A stretch of 38,183 nucleotides of DNA from a virus (IMGVR_UViG_2713896906_000008), one strand, 5' to 3'. Positions 1 to 9,589 are shown, counted from the stretch's first letter. Notes: generated by a model from the sequence alone, not told the origin. Translations and numbers: made by a program.

Positions 1-1053
1 TTACGGGGTAATGCCAACCGCTGCCGCCACTTTGTCGCCACTTGGCAGCGTTGCCAGAGGATTGAAACGGAGCGCCGTTTCCAGATGATCCGGTGCCAGA
101 TGTGCGTAACGCATCGTCATTTTTATATCGTGATGTCCGAGGATTTTTTGCAAAGCAAGGATATTTCCACCCGACATCATGAAATGCGCCGCAAACGTAT
201 GGCGCAGAACGTGTGTCAGTTGACCGCGAGGGAGCACGATAGACGTTTTTTCCATCACGGATAAAAATTGAAAATAGCAGTCTGTGAAGAAATTGAAACC
301 ATCAAGCGCCATGATCTCTTCGTAAAGCTCTTTACTGATAGGGATGCTTCTGTTTTTCTTCCCCTTCGTTCTTACAAAGGTAATTCGGTATTTAGTCACC
401 TGTGAACGGGTAAGATTTATTGCTTCTCGCCAGCGTGCGCCTGTGCTTAAGCATATCTTGACTACCAGTGCCAGAATTGGGTCCTGACGTTTGCAATCAG
501 CCAGCAATTCAACAATCTGCTCATGGGTAAGCCATGCCATCTCTTTTTCTGCGATGGTGAATTTTCGCATGTTCTCCAGTGGGTTCGGATACGACCATTC
601 GCCCAGACGGGATAGTTCGCTAAAAACACTACTTAGATAGCTTTGCTCCAGGTTAATGGTGACCGGGCTTGCTCCTTTCTTCCATTTCTCGCTGAAGTAG
701 ATCTCGCCTGTCAGTCGTTTATCTCGATAGTGGGCAAACATTTTAGAGGTGAGATCGGTTGCAAGAGGATTGCCCAGAGCGTCAACCATCAACAGCAATT
801 TGTCATAGACATGCTGCCCAGCTGTCAGAGATTTACCATGTAGTTTGAACCATAGCTCAACCACGTCTTTCAGTGTTCGACGATCCACTGATTCACCCAG
901 CCAGGGCTTTGCTTCGGTTTCTTCCATCGTGTGACGCTCAAAAGCCAGTGCTTCGCCTTTGGTGGCGAATTGTTTACGCACACGACGCCCACTTCGTCCG
1001 GCGGGGTAACATTCGCAAAGCCATTTCCCTGTGGTGAGTTTTCGTACTGCCAT
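1..1053 (-). CDS. int: P2/186-family tyrosine integrase
   Basis: 350-aa ORF; C-terminal HVLRHTFAAHF...GHHDIKMTMRYAHL fits the tyrosine recombinase R-H-R-Y catalytic region; leftmost prophage gene as in P2/186. Window begins at its stop codon. Confidence 0.92.
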   Translation of the reverse strand: MAVRKLTTGKWLCECYPAGRSGRRVRKQFATKGEALAFERHTMEETEAKPWLGESVDRRTLKDVVELWFKLHGKSLTAGQHVYDKLLLMVDALGNPLATDLTSKMFAHYRDKRLTGEIYFSEKWKKGASPVTINLEQSYLSSVFSELSRLGEWSYPNPLENMRKFTIAEKEMAWLTHEQIVELLADCKRQDPILALVVKICLSTGARWREAINLTRSQVTKYRITFVRTKGKKNRSIPISKELYEEIMALDGFNFFTDCYFQFLSVMEKTSIVLPRGQLTHVLRHTFAAHFMMSGGNILALQKILGHHDIKMTMRYAHLAPDHLETALRFNPLATLPSGDKVAAAVGITP

Positions 1054-1077
1054 AAAAAAGCCCTCATGTCAGAGGGC
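1054..1077 (-). terminator. hairpin (gccctc/gagggc) followed by T6 on the minus strand, ending the cargo operon immediately upstream of the int start codon
   Basis: Inverted repeat 1060-1065/1072-1077 with A-run 1054-1059 on the plus strand (T-run on minus). Confidence 0.4.
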
Positions 1078-1133
1078 TAAATTTAACTGTATGTTTGACC
1101 AGTGGTCAATGTATGGTTTGTGAAATCCATACA

Positions 1134-1664
1134 TTACCTTAATTTATCAAGCTCTCGTTTATTTCTTTTATCATGTATATCATTAAGAAATAATATATTA
1201 CTAGCAATGATACTAAATAACGCTATTATTTGTAGATATACTAATAACGCTGTGATAAAAAATCCAAACTTGCAGAACACGTGCTTATGCAAGGAAATGA
1301 AATCCAGATTTGAAAATATAGGTTTCGTTAAATTTATTATAACAATAGAAAATATTACAATAGCTGAAATTATAATGGTTTTCACTATCAGAGTAATTCG
1401 CTCAATATCTTTTTCTGTTTCCTTATGATAGTTTATACTAGTTATTGTTGATGGCTTTACAATTGAACTTACAGCTGCAGGGTAAATATATGCAAGCCAA
1501 ATACCTGCAATAGTGAAGATCATTGCAGAAATGTTTTGCAAGGTAGATAAAATATCTTTTATATCTGCATACGTATATTTATCTCCGAACAAATAAGCAA
1601 TAGCTATAATTGTTAGGAGAAAACATATGTGCAAAATTTTAGGTTTTATAATCATACTATGCAC
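1134..1664 (-). CDS. small inner-membrane protein with four predicted TM helices (cargo; RexB-like topology and position)
   Basis: 176-aa ORF with four hydrophobic segments; AT-rich; start overlaps stop of upstream 400-aa ORF (first ATG at 1655 lies 1 nt after the upstream TAG; track start 1664 is GTG). Confidence 0.6.
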   Translation of the reverse strand: MHSMIIKPKILHICFLLTIIAIAYLFGDKYTYADIKDILSTLQNISAMIFTIAGIWLAYIYPAAVSSIVKPSTITSINYHKETEKDIERITLIVKTIIISAIVIFSIVIINLTKPIFSNLDFISLHKHVFCKFGFFITALLVYLQIIALFSIIASNILFLNDIHDKRNKRELDKLR

Positions 1665-2859
1665 CTATTTTATGAATCTGCACTGTTGTATCATTATCAG
1701 CTTCTGGTTGTTCTATTATATCTTCATTTTTAAAACAATTCACCAAATCATTTCTATGAGCTTTTACTACACTCATTAAATATGAAGAAGAGTAATGTTT
1801 GTTTCTGTTAGAAAGGTCAACGTGAATTTCATGGCGATAAACATATTCATCTAACCAAGTAGTTGAACCATTTTTCCCATTTATTTTGAATCCGATGCGT
1901 GCGTGATCATTCCCTACATTCTCATTGTTGTTTTCTGTATCTTCTGAAATAGGATTGTGGTTTTCTATATATTCATCGATGAGTTTAGTGAACTCTTCAG
2001 GCGTAGGCGTTCCTTCGACTAATAATTCAACGCGATGTTTTTTTGATAAAATAGGAGAGCTTCTTGAGAAAACATCTCCAACTGCATCAAATAACTTCTG
2101 CCATTTTTCCCGTGTATCAGGTATGTTTGTTTCTATTACGTCATGGTAAACAATGTGAGTGATTTTTTTACACAGTTCTTCTATGTTTGCTCCACTCGTG
2201 ATCATCCTTGTTTGTTTAGTCTGTACTTTAAAAACTAAACTTTCATCATCACCTTGAGAAAAAAGAACACGTTTGTAATGAACGTCTTCAGGTGAGTCAT
2301 TACGAGGACGAGTCATATCTATGACTTTTTTATTAGGATGCTCCATCCTAAAGTCAACGTATGCTTTAATATAATGACAGAAAAGATCTGTATCCGTATT
2401 AGAACTTGGGAATCGTATGGATGCAATTTTGTTATATTCTGGAATTACCCAATAGTAGCAAGGTACGCCCCAGATATATTTACCGCCACCTTGAGTATCA
2501 GAGGCGGATACAACATTATCTGAAGTGCCGTCAATCTTACTTTCAGCATCTATACCTTGAATATTTCCAGAGTTATCACCGAGCGTTTTCCAGATAACAA
2601 ATAGATAATCTCCTGTCGTACTGTCATATGAAATATTTTTACAGTATGCTTTTGTTCTTCTATTATTATCCTTTCCCCATGGAACAGATTGTTCAACTGT
2701 TCTTGAACAGATCCAGCTATGTAAGTTACACAGAACATGGGATAAGTTCTTTTCGACTAATTCCGGCGATTTGCCTTGTCGTATTTTATAAAGGCCAAAC
2801 ATTTCTAAATCAAAAAATGTTATAATGCCGCGTTCAGTTTTAAAGTTGGTTTTACTCAT
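1657..2859 (-). CDS. hypothetical 400-aa soluble protein (cargo, co-oriented with cI)
   Basis: Long uninterrupted ORF in AT-rich island between cI and int; no motif recognised. Confidence 0.65.
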   Translation of the reverse strand: MSKTNFKTERGIITFFDLEMFGLYKIRQGKSPELVEKNLSHVLCNLHSWICSRTVEQSVPWGKDNNRRTKAYCKNISYDSTTGDYLFVIWKTLGDNSGNIQGIDAESKIDGTSDNVVSASDTQGGGKYIWGVPCYYWVIPEYNKIASIRFPSSNTDTDLFCHYIKAYVDFRMEHPNKKVIDMTRPRNDSPEDVHYKRVLFSQGDDESLVFKVQTKQTRMITSGANIEELCKKITHIVYHDVIETNIPDTREKWQKLFDAVGDVFSRSSPILSKKHRVELLVEGTPTPEEFTKLIDEYIENHNPISEDTENNNENVGNDHARIGFKINGKNGSTTWLDEYVYRHEIHVDLSNRNKHYSSSYLMSVVKAHRNDLVNCFKNEDIIEQPEADNDTTVQIHKIGA

Positions 2860-2939
2860 TGTTATTGCTTCTCTTCACCTTTTAAATCTTTCGCTTAATA
2901 TAATCACTTCTATTAGAATGACATTTGTTGAATGTCACT

Positions 2940-3821
2940 TTAATTCGAAATGATTGTGCTTCTTATGCATGCAACTACCTCGATATCAGAAAATGCACAT
3001 TCAAAGTAAGTTTCTTTACTTCTGATATTTATCATACCTTTAGGTAGCCTAGTAATTTGTCTGACGGAATAGGTTCCATCAATATTAATTAACCAGTATC
3101 CATCTAATACATCAGAAAATTTCTGATCACAGATGTATGCCACTAAACCATCCTGAACGACAATTGGTGCTGAAAGATTAGCGGGTAAAAATGACGAATC
3201 GAAAATATATGAGCCACTCTCAACCATTTTGCCTGCATTGAGATGAAATTTAGGCAGTTCTTTTACCGATGTTGTGAGAGCATTGTGCTCGCTGCCTTGT
3301 CCAGTGGCTAGCCATAAAAGAGAATTTCCTGTTTCCAACGAACATTTTATGATCCAATCAGCCGGGAATGTGTCTCGCAAATATCTATTTGCCATAGTGC
3401 TTTTAGATACATTCAGATGGTCGGCAAGTTCTTGTCTTGTTTTAAAGCCATACGCTTTCATTAGCCTGTCTATTGCATCACGTCCGCCTGAGTCCAAATT
3501 CAGATCGTTCCCAATTGGGGACTTCAGGGTGGTGGCTTGGGAAACGTGCTGAACCTTTGATGCAGTTGCCTTTGGCATGACCGGAGCCTCAGTACTCTGA
3601 GGGAATGGTACGCCTTTTCCGAATGAGAGCCACTCGATAGATGCACCCGTTTCAATTGCACACTGAATTACCCAGTCAGCAGGAAATACGTCACGCATCC
3701 AGCGCGTGCCCATAGTGCTTGCAGATACGTTGAACTGTTCGCACAGAGCTTGCCTTGTCTTGAATCCATACGCTTCAAGCATGCGCGTTATGACTGCTTG
3801 TCCTCCGTTTTTGAAATTCAT
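2940..3821 (-). CDS. cI: CI-type immunity repressor with tandemly duplicated N-terminal DNA-binding domain
   Basis: Two paralogous segments (LEAYGFKTRQALCEQFNVSASTMGTRWMRDVFPADWVIQCAIETGASIEWL and MKAYGFKTRQELADHLNVSKSTMANRYLRDTFPADWIIKCSLETGNSLLWL) resembling the 186 CI N-terminal domain, plus a C-terminal domain; divergent from apl/cII. Confidence 0.8.
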   Translation of the reverse strand: MNFKNGGQAVITRMLEAYGFKTRQALCEQFNVSASTMGTRWMRDVFPADWVIQCAIETGASIEWLSFGKGVPFPQSTEAPVMPKATASKVQHVSQATTLKSPIGNDLNLDSGGRDAIDRLMKAYGFKTRQELADHLNVSKSTMANRYLRDTFPADWIIKCSLETGNSLLWLATGQGSEHNALTTSVKELPKFHLNAGKMVESGSYIFDSSFLPANLSAPIVVQDGLVAYICDQKFSDVLDGYWLINIDGTYSVRQITRLPKGMINIRSKETYFECAFSDIEVVACIRSTIISN

Positions 3822-3847
3822 TTATTACGCCTTTGAGTAATTTTTGG

Positions 3848-3876
3848 TTGGCACTTCTCAAATGAAGAATTAGTGT
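3848..3876 (+). promoter_or_regulatory. candidate early lytic promoter (TTGGCA-N17-TAGTGT) in the cI-apl switch region
   Basis: -35/-10-like hexamers with 17-nt spacer about 70 nt upstream of the apl/cox-like start; P2/186 switch promoters are known to be face-to-face. Confidence 0.35.
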
Positions 3877-3946
3877 GTGCGAAAGTGAACTGAACAGGAT
3901 TAATCACCAGTTACCACACATCTTGTTAAACGAGGAATCTTGCATC

Positions 3947-4168
3947 ATGGCTCCACATATTTCAATCACCTTAGCTGTCCCATCTGTTTCTATTGAGAAA
4001 TACAGTGAACTGACTGGGTTATCTATCGATACTATCAATGACATGCTGGCTGATGGACGCCTTATTCGCCATCGTCTCCGTAAAGATAAAAAGCGAGAAA
4101 AGGTAATGATCAATATCGCAGCAATGACCGTTGATGCGCTCTCTGAATGCAATTTGAGTATTAACTAG
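3947..4168 (+). CDS. Cox/Apl-like excisionase/early repressor
   Basis: 73-aa ORF (from ATG 3947, GAGGA 10 nt upstream), first gene of the rightward early operon; HTH-like segment YSELTGLSIDTINDMLADGRL resembling P2 Cox. Confidence 0.55.
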   Translation: MAPHISITLAVPSVSIEKYSELTGLSIDTINDMLADGRLIRHRLRKDKKREKVMINIAAMTVDALSECNLSIN

Positions 4169-4200
4169 TTCCATTTTGGGATACATCAGGGGTGTCGACT

Positions 4201-4710
4201 ATGTTTGATTACCAAGTTTCCAAACATCCACATTTTGATGAAGCCTGCCGTGCATTTGCACTGCGCCACAATCTGGTGCAACTGGCAGAACGTGCAGGCA
4301 TGAATGTGCAGATTCTGCGGAACAAGCTGAACCCAGCTCAGCCTCATTTATTAACCGCACCAGAAATCTGGCTGCTTACCGATCTGACTGAAGATTCAAC
4401 GCTGGTAGATGGTTTTCTGGCACAGATTCACTGCCTGCCATGTGTACCGATTAATGAGGTGGCAAAAGAGAAACTGCCACATTACGTCATGAGTGCAACC
4501 GCAGAGATCGGGCGTGTTGCTGCAGGTGCGGTATCTGGCGATGTAAAAACCAGTGCAGGTCGTCGTGATGCTATCAGCAGCATTAACTCTGTTACACGAC
4601 TGATGGCGTTAGCTGCTGTTTCATTGCAGGCCCGTTTACAGGTTAATCCTGCGATGGCAAGTGCAGTTGATACTGTAACTGGCCTCGGTGCTTCATTCGG
4701 TTTGCTGTGA
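4201..4710 (+). CDS. cII: CII lysogeny-establishment activator (186 CII-like)
   Basis: [24 protein letters not shown]...[17 protein letters not shown]...[21 protein letters not shown] closely matches 186 CII as recalled; ATG 4201 preferred over GTG 4192. Confidence 0.85.
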   Translation: MFDYQVSKHPHFDEACRAFALRHNLVQLAERAGMNVQILRNKLNPAQPHLLTAPEIWLLTDLTEDSTLVDGFLAQIHCLPCVPINEVAKEKLPHYVMSATAEIGRVAAGAVSGDVKTSAGRRDAISSINSVTRLMALAAVSLQARLQVNPAMASAVDTVTGLGASFGLL

Positions 4711-4717
4711 GGTGCTT

Positions 4718-5014
4718 ATGCTGACGAAAGAACCATCATTTGCATCGCTGCTGGTAAAACAAAGTCCGGCAATGCACTACGGTCACGGCTGGATCATGGG
4801 TGAGGATGGTAAACGCTGGCATCCATGTCATTCACAAGATGAATTGCTGTCTGAATTGACCACGAGGAAACGGAGAAAGTCAAAATGTATGCAGCGGAAA
4901 GTGAAGTGGTTTATCAGTTTCGTTACAGAGGGGAGAGTTATTCAGTACCTGAAGATGATTTGCTCTGTTGTTATCCGTCGTTGTCGGGCGATGGCAGTTA
5001 CTTTTTCACGCTAA
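4718..5014 (+). CDS. hypothetical early protein (overlaps next ORF in another frame; 3' part may be non-coding)
   Basis: ORF from ATG 4718; N-terminal 55 aa look protein-like, C-terminal part is compositionally odd. Confidence 0.3.
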   Translation: MLTKEPSFASLLVKQSPAMHYGHGWIMGEDGKRWHPCHSQDELLSELTTRKRRKSKCMQRKVKWFISFVTEGRVIQYLKMICSVVIRRCRAMAVTFSR

Positions 5015-5109
5015 ATGATGGGACGTTTTTACGGGGAGAGCAGGTTAAAGAGACGATACGAAAAAATGTATCTCCTCTTGAACGTTACCGTAAGAACAAA
5101 GAACGATAG
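4885..5109 (+). CDS. hypothetical early protein (74 aa)
   Basis: ORF with GGAG about 10 nt upstream of ATG; protein-like composition. Confidence 0.4.
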   Translation: MYAAESEVVYQFRYRGESYSVPEDDLLCCYPSLSGDGSYFFTLNDGTFLRGEQVKETIRKNVSPLERYRKNKER

Positions 5110-5131
5110 TTGCGTTTTGGGGATATGAATT

Positions 5132-5473
5132 ATGGCAATTAATGGCGCTGCGGCGACTGTTCCATTAAGCCCCGGTGAACGCCTGAATGGACTTAATCAC
5201 ATTGCGGAGTTAAGGGCGAAAGTTTTTGGTCTGAATATTGAGTCAGAGCTTGAGCGGTTTATTAAAGATATGCGTGATCCACGCGATATTAATAGCGAAC
5301 AAAATAAACGGGCACTGGCTGCCATATTCTTTATGGCAAAAATTCCAGCTGAACGTCATAGCATCAGCATTAATGAGCTGACCACTGACGAAAAGCGGGA
5401 GTTGATTAAAGCAATGAATCATTTTCGTGCAGTGGTGAGCTTATTTCCCAGACGGCTAACCATGCCGAATTAA
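5132..5473 (+). CDS. hypothetical early protein (113 aa)
   Basis: ORF in early rightward operon. Confidence 0.6.
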   Translation: MAINGAAATVPLSPGERLNGLNHIAELRAKVFGLNIESELERFIKDMRDPRDINSEQNKRALAAIFFMAKIPAERHSISINELTTDEKRELIKAMNHFRAVVSLFPRRLTMPN

Positions 5474-5534
5474 CCAACTAATGAAATTAATGGCGTAAAC
5501 CCGCCGGGCATCCCTTTATCTAAATTCAGGAGAA

Positions 5535-5774
5535 TTGATTATGCATAATATTGAAACCCTCACGACTAAAACCGGACCGGATGATGCTGGTCTTAATCTT
5601 TTACTGACAGAGGCCCTTCTTGAAGAACGTCGGGCAAGGGCTGAGGCAATGGCTGCCCGCCTTGATAGCCTGGCGTGTCATATCACATCCCGCCAGCTAA
5701 ACCACGTCGAAGCAGCAGAACTGCTGCGTGTGACCGCTGAAGCAATCCAGAACGAAGCGCAGGAGATCCACTAA
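5535..5774 (+). CDS. hypothetical early protein (79 aa)
   Basis: ORF preceded by AGGAGA; stop overlaps the start of the next gene (TAATG). Confidence 0.55.
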   Translation: MIMHNIETLTTKTGPDDAGLNLLLTEALLEERRARAEAMAARLDSLACHITSRQLNHVEAAELLRVTAEAIQNEAQEIH

Positions 5775-6001
5775 TGGCTGATGCAATGGATCTCGTACAG
5801 CAGCGCGTTGAAGAAGAACGCCAGCGCCATATCCGTGCTGCCCGTGCCAAAACACCGGGCGTGTCTCGCGTGCTTTGTATTGAATGTGAAGCGCCAATTC
5901 CGCCAGCACGCCGCCGCGCCATTCCTGGAGTGCAGCTTTGCATTACCTGTCAGGAAATCGCAGAGCTGAAAGGCAGACATTACAACGGAGGTGCTGTATG
6001 A
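5774..6001 (+). CDS. TraR/DksA-family C4 zinc-finger protein
   Basis: 75 aa with CxxC-N17-CxxC (CIECEAPIPPARRRAIPGVQLCITC). Confidence 0.8.
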   Translation: MADAMDLVQQRVEEERQRHIRAARAKTPGVSRVLCIECEAPIPPARRRAIPGVQLCITCQEIAELKGRHYNGGAV

Positions 6002-6855
6002 GCACCATCCTGAAATGGGCGGGAAATAAAACCGCCATAATGTCCGAACTGAAAAAACACCTTCCTGCTGGCCCGCGACTGGTTGAACCTTTCGCGGGTT
6101 CCTGTGCTGTGATGATGGAGACGGATTATCCAAGCTATCTGGTTGCGGATATTAATCCTGATTTAATCAACCTCTATAAAAAGGTTGCCGCTGATTGTGA
6201 ATCGTTTATATCTCGCGCCAGAGTTTTATTTAAGGAAGCAAACAGGGAGGTGGCTTATTACAACATAAGGCAGGAGTTTAATTACTCAACTGAAATTACT
6301 GATTTCATGAAAGCGGTATATTTCCTGTATCTCAATCGTCACGGTTACCGTGGTTTATGTCGCTATAACAAGAGCGGGCATTTCAACATTCCCTACGGTA
6401 ATTATAAAAATCCGTATTTCCCTGAAAAAGAAATTCGCACATTTGCAGAAATGGCCCAGCGAGCAACGTTTATCTGCGCCAGCTTTGATGAAACGCTGGC
6501 GATGTTGAAGGCGGGGGATGTGGTGTATTGCGATCCGCCGTATGACGGTACGTTTTCCGGCTATCACACTGACGGCTTCACTGAAGATGACCAGTATCAC
6601 CTGGCATCTGTTCTTGAACATCGGTCATCAGAAGGACATCCGGTCATTGTTTCTAACAGTGACACATCCCTGATCCGTTCGCTGTATCGCAATTTTACTC
6701 ACCACTACATCAAGGCAAAACGCAGCATCGGTGTGGCAGCTGGCGAGGGTAAATCAGCAACAGAAATCATTGCTGTTTCCGGGCCGCGCTGCTGGGTGGG
6801 ATTTGATTATTCGCGTGGCGTGGACAGTTCTGCCGTGTACGGAGTACGTGCATGA
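5998..6855 (+). CDS. dam: DNA adenine methyltransferase (Dam-like, N6-adenine)
   Basis: [16 protein letters not shown] (AdoMet motif) and DPPY (catalytic motif); ATGA overlap with the TraR-like gene; frame start at ATG 5998 rather than track start 5938. Confidence 0.85.
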   Translation: MSTILKWAGNKTAIMSELKKHLPAGPRLVEPFAGSCAVMMETDYPSYLVADINPDLINLYKKVAADCESFISRARVLFKEANREVAYYNIRQEFNYSTEITDFMKAVYFLYLNRHGYRGLCRYNKSGHFNIPYGNYKNPYFPEKEIRTFAEMAQRATFICASFDETLAMLKAGDVVYCDPPYDGTFSGYHTDGFTEDDQYHLASVLEHRSSEGHPVIVSNSDTSLIRSLYRNFTHHYIKAKRSIGVAAGEGKSATEIIAVSGPRCWVGFDYSRGVDSSAVYGVRA

Positions 6856-9266
6856 GTCATGCCGATATGAACAACTGCTGCGGCTTTAACGAGGCTGCCG
6901 CATCGTTCTCATGGAACAGCCCGAAAAAGGCCATTAACCCTTATCTGGACCCGGCGGAAGTTGCGCCGGTTTCTGCGCTTTCAAACCTGATCACTCTGTA
7001 CGCTGCCGATAACGAGCAGGAACAACTGCGCCGCGAGGCACTGAGTGATCAGGTCTGGGAGCGTTATTTCTTTAATGAATCCCGTGATCCTGTCCAGCGC
7101 GAAATGGAGCAGGATAAGCTCATTAGCCGGGCAAAGCTGGCGCATGAGCAGCAGCGTTTTAATCCAGACATGGTCATTCTGGCGGACGTCAACGCCCAGC
7201 CTTCCCATATCAGCAAGCCGCTGATGCAACGTATTAAATACTTCAGCAGCCTGGGCAGGCCAAAGGCTTATTCCCGCTATTTGCGTGAGACGATTAAGCC
7301 ATGCCTGGAACGACTGGAGCATGTGCGCGACAGTCAGCTATCCACTTCTTTTCGCTTTATGGCAAGCCATGAAGGGCTGGACGGCCTGCTAATCCTGCCT
7401 GAAATGAGTCAGGATCAGGTGAAACGCCTGTCCACCCTGGTAGCTGCGCATATGAGCATGTGCCTTGATGCAGCTTGTGGTGATTTGTACGCCACCGATG
7501 ATGTTAAGCCAGAAGAAATCCGCAAGACATGGGAAAAGGTGGCAGCAGAAACCCTGCGACTGGATGTTATCCCGCCTGCGTTTGAGCAACTTCGTCGGAA
7601 AAGAAACCGCCGTAAACCCGTGCCCTATGAACTCATTCCGGGGTCGCTGGCGCGTATGTTGTGCGCTGACTGGTGGTATCGGAAATTATGGAAGATGCGT
7701 TGCGAATGGCGGGAAGAGCAGTTGCGCGCTGTCTGCCTGGTTAGCAAAAAAGCATCACCTTATGTCAGCTATGAAGCCGTGATGCATAAACGTGAGCAGC
7801 GCCGTAAGTCGCTGGAGTTTTTCCGTTCTCATGAACTGGTGAACGAAGACGGCGACACGCTGGACATGGAGGGTGTGGTAAACGCCAGCAGCAGCAACCC
7901 TGCGCATCGCCGCAATGAGATGATGGCCTGTGTTAAAGGCCTGGAGCTTATCGCGGAAATGCGCGGTGACTGCGCCGTTTTCTACACCATCACCTGTCCG
8001 TCACGTTTCCATTCCACGCAAAATAACGGCAGGCCCAACCTGACCTGGACAAATGCGACGGTAAGACAAAGCAGTGATTATCTGGTCGGTATGTTTGCTG
8101 CATTTCGTAAGGCGATGCACAAAGCCGGATTGCGCTGGTATGGCGTGCGGGTGGCTGAGCCGCATCATGACGGTACAGTTCACTGGCACCTGTTGTGTTT
8201 TATGCGCAAAAAAGATCGTCGCGCCATTACTGCTTTGTTGCGTAAGTTTGCCATTCGTGAAGACCGAGAGGAGCTGGGGAATAACACGGGACCACGCTTT
8301 AAGTCTGAGTTGATTAACCCGCGCAAAGGAACGCCGACAAGCTACATCGCGAAATATATCAGCAAGAACATTGACGGGCGTGGTCTGGCTGGCGAGATCA
8401 GCAAGGAAACGGGTAAATCTCTGCGTGATAACGCTGAATACGTGAATGCCTGGGCGTCTTTGCATCGTGTTCAGCAATTCCGCTTCTTTGGCATTCCGGG
8501 GCGCCAGGCTTACCGTGAACTGCGATTGCTGGCTGGTCAGGCGGCAAGGCAACAGGGGGACAAAAAAGCAGGTACGCCGGTACTGGATAACCCGCGCCTT
8601 GATGCAATCCTGGCTGCTGCTGATGCTGGTTGTTTTGCCACTTACATCATGAAGCAGGGCGGCGTACTGGTTCCCCGCAAATATCACCTTATCAGAACAG
8701 CTTATGAAATTAACGAAGAGCCGACCGCCTATGGCGATCACGGTATTCGTATTTATGGCATCTGGTCACCCATTGCAGAGGGCAAGATCTGCACTCATGC
8801 AGTGAAGTGGAAAATGGTTCGTAAGGCCGTTGACGTTCAGGAGGCGGCAGCCGACCAGGGCGCTTGCGCCCCTTGGACTCGTGGCAATAACTGTCCCCTT
8901 GCTGAAAATTTGAACCAACAGGAGAAAGATAAATCAACAGATGGGGATACCAGAACTGACATTACCTGTATGGATGACAAGGAGTTGCACGATTACCTGC
9001 ATAGTATGAGCAAAAAAGAGCGCCAGGAACTGGCAGCAAGATTACGCCTGGTGAAACCGAAACGGCGTAAAGACTACAAACAGCGAATTACAGAGTATCA
9101 GCGTCAGCAGCTCGTCTATGAACTGAAGTCAAGAGGATTTGATGGCAGCGAGAAAGAGGTCGATTTACTCCTTCGCGGTGGCAGTATTCCGTCAGGAGCA
9201 GGCCTGCGTATCTTCTATCGGAACCAGCGTTTGCAGGAAGATGATAAGTGGCGGAACCTGTATTAA
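6852..9266 (+). CDS. A: rolling-circle replication initiator (P2 gpA family)
   Basis: 804 aa; HUH-like VHWHLLCF and paired-tyrosine motif [10 protein letters not shown]; ATGA overlap with dam. Confidence 0.9.
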   Translation: MSHADMNNCCGFNEAAASFSWNSPKKAINPYLDPAEVAPVSALSNLITLYAADNEQEQLRREALSDQVWERYFFNESRDPVQREMEQDKLISRAKLAHEQQRFNPDMVILADVNAQPSHISKPLMQRIKYFSSLGRPKAYSRYLRETIKPCLERLEHVRDSQLSTSFRFMASHEGLDGLLILPEMSQDQVKRLSTLVAAHMSMCLDAACGDLYATDDVKPEEIRKTWEKVAAETLRLDVIPPAFEQLRRKRNRRKPVPYELIPGSLARMLCADWWYRKLWKMRCEWREEQLRAVCLVSKKASPYVSYEAVMHKREQRRKSLEFFRSHELVNEDGDTLDMEGVVNASSSNPAHRRNEMMACVKGLELIAEMRGDCAVFYTITCPSRFHSTQNNGRPNLTWTNATVRQSSDYLVGMFAAFRKAMHKAGLRWYGVRVAEPHHDGTVHWHLLCFMRKKDRRAITALLRKFAIREDREELGNNTGPRFKSELINPRKGTPTSYIAKYISKNIDGRGLAGEISKETGKSLRDNAEYVNAWASLHRVQQFRFFGIPGRQAYRELRLLAGQAARQQGDKKAGTPVLDNPRLDAILAAADAGCFATYIMKQGGVLVPRKYHLIRTAYEINEEPTAYGDHGIRIYGIWSPIAEGKICTHAVKWKMVRKAVDVQEAAADQGACAPWTRGNNCPLAENLNQQEKDKSTDGDTRTDITCMDDKELHDYLHSMSKKERQELAARLRLVKPKRRKDYKQRITEYQRQQLVYELKSRGFDGSEKEVDLLLRGGSIPSGAGLRIFYRNQRLQEDDKWRNLY

Positions 9267-9359
9267 TCACGTGGGTTAACAATTCGTGCTCTTAATAATA
9301 CCAGGCATATCAGGCTGATGAACGTAAAAAACGTTTTACATCAGTAAGATTATTATATA

Positions 9360-9375
9360 CTGTAAATATAAACAG
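9360..9375. promoter_or_regulatory. LexA (SOS) box CTGTaaatataaACAG
   Basis: Near-consensus CTGT-N8-ACAG; preceded by TTTACA (-35-like) and followed by a strong SD and small ORF. Confidence 0.75.
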
Positions 9376-9418
9376 TGGTTGTGCATACAGTATTGCTTGT
9401 GGTGTCATAGGAGGAAAG

Positions 9419-9589
9419 ATGCAGGACTATTTTTTGGAGTCTTTGAAGCTCCAGCGCATTGATTTTTTTCTTAAGCTTGTAGCGGCTAGTGAGTGTAGTG
9501 ATGAAGAGAAGGGGCTGGCTCTGCAGTGGGTTTCTGAGTTGACTGATGAGCTGATGGCGAGAATTCGCGCTCATGAATACAACCACTAG
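9419..9589 (+). CDS. small SOS-controlled protein (56 aa), candidate antirepressor (Tum-like position)
   Basis: ATG preceded by GGAGGA 7 nt upstream, about 45 nt downstream of the LexA box; not in the ORF track because shorter than 60 aa. Confidence 0.5.
   Translation: MQDYFLESLKLQRIDFFLKLVAASECSDEEKGLALQWVSELTDELMARIRAHEYNH

Noticed and set aside
6981-8741. Antisense ORFs inside replication gene A (e.g. 6981-7322, 8001-8741 minus)
   Set aside because: Fully embedded opposite a long, motif-supported gene; compositionally biased (Arg/Cys-rich) shadow ORFs.
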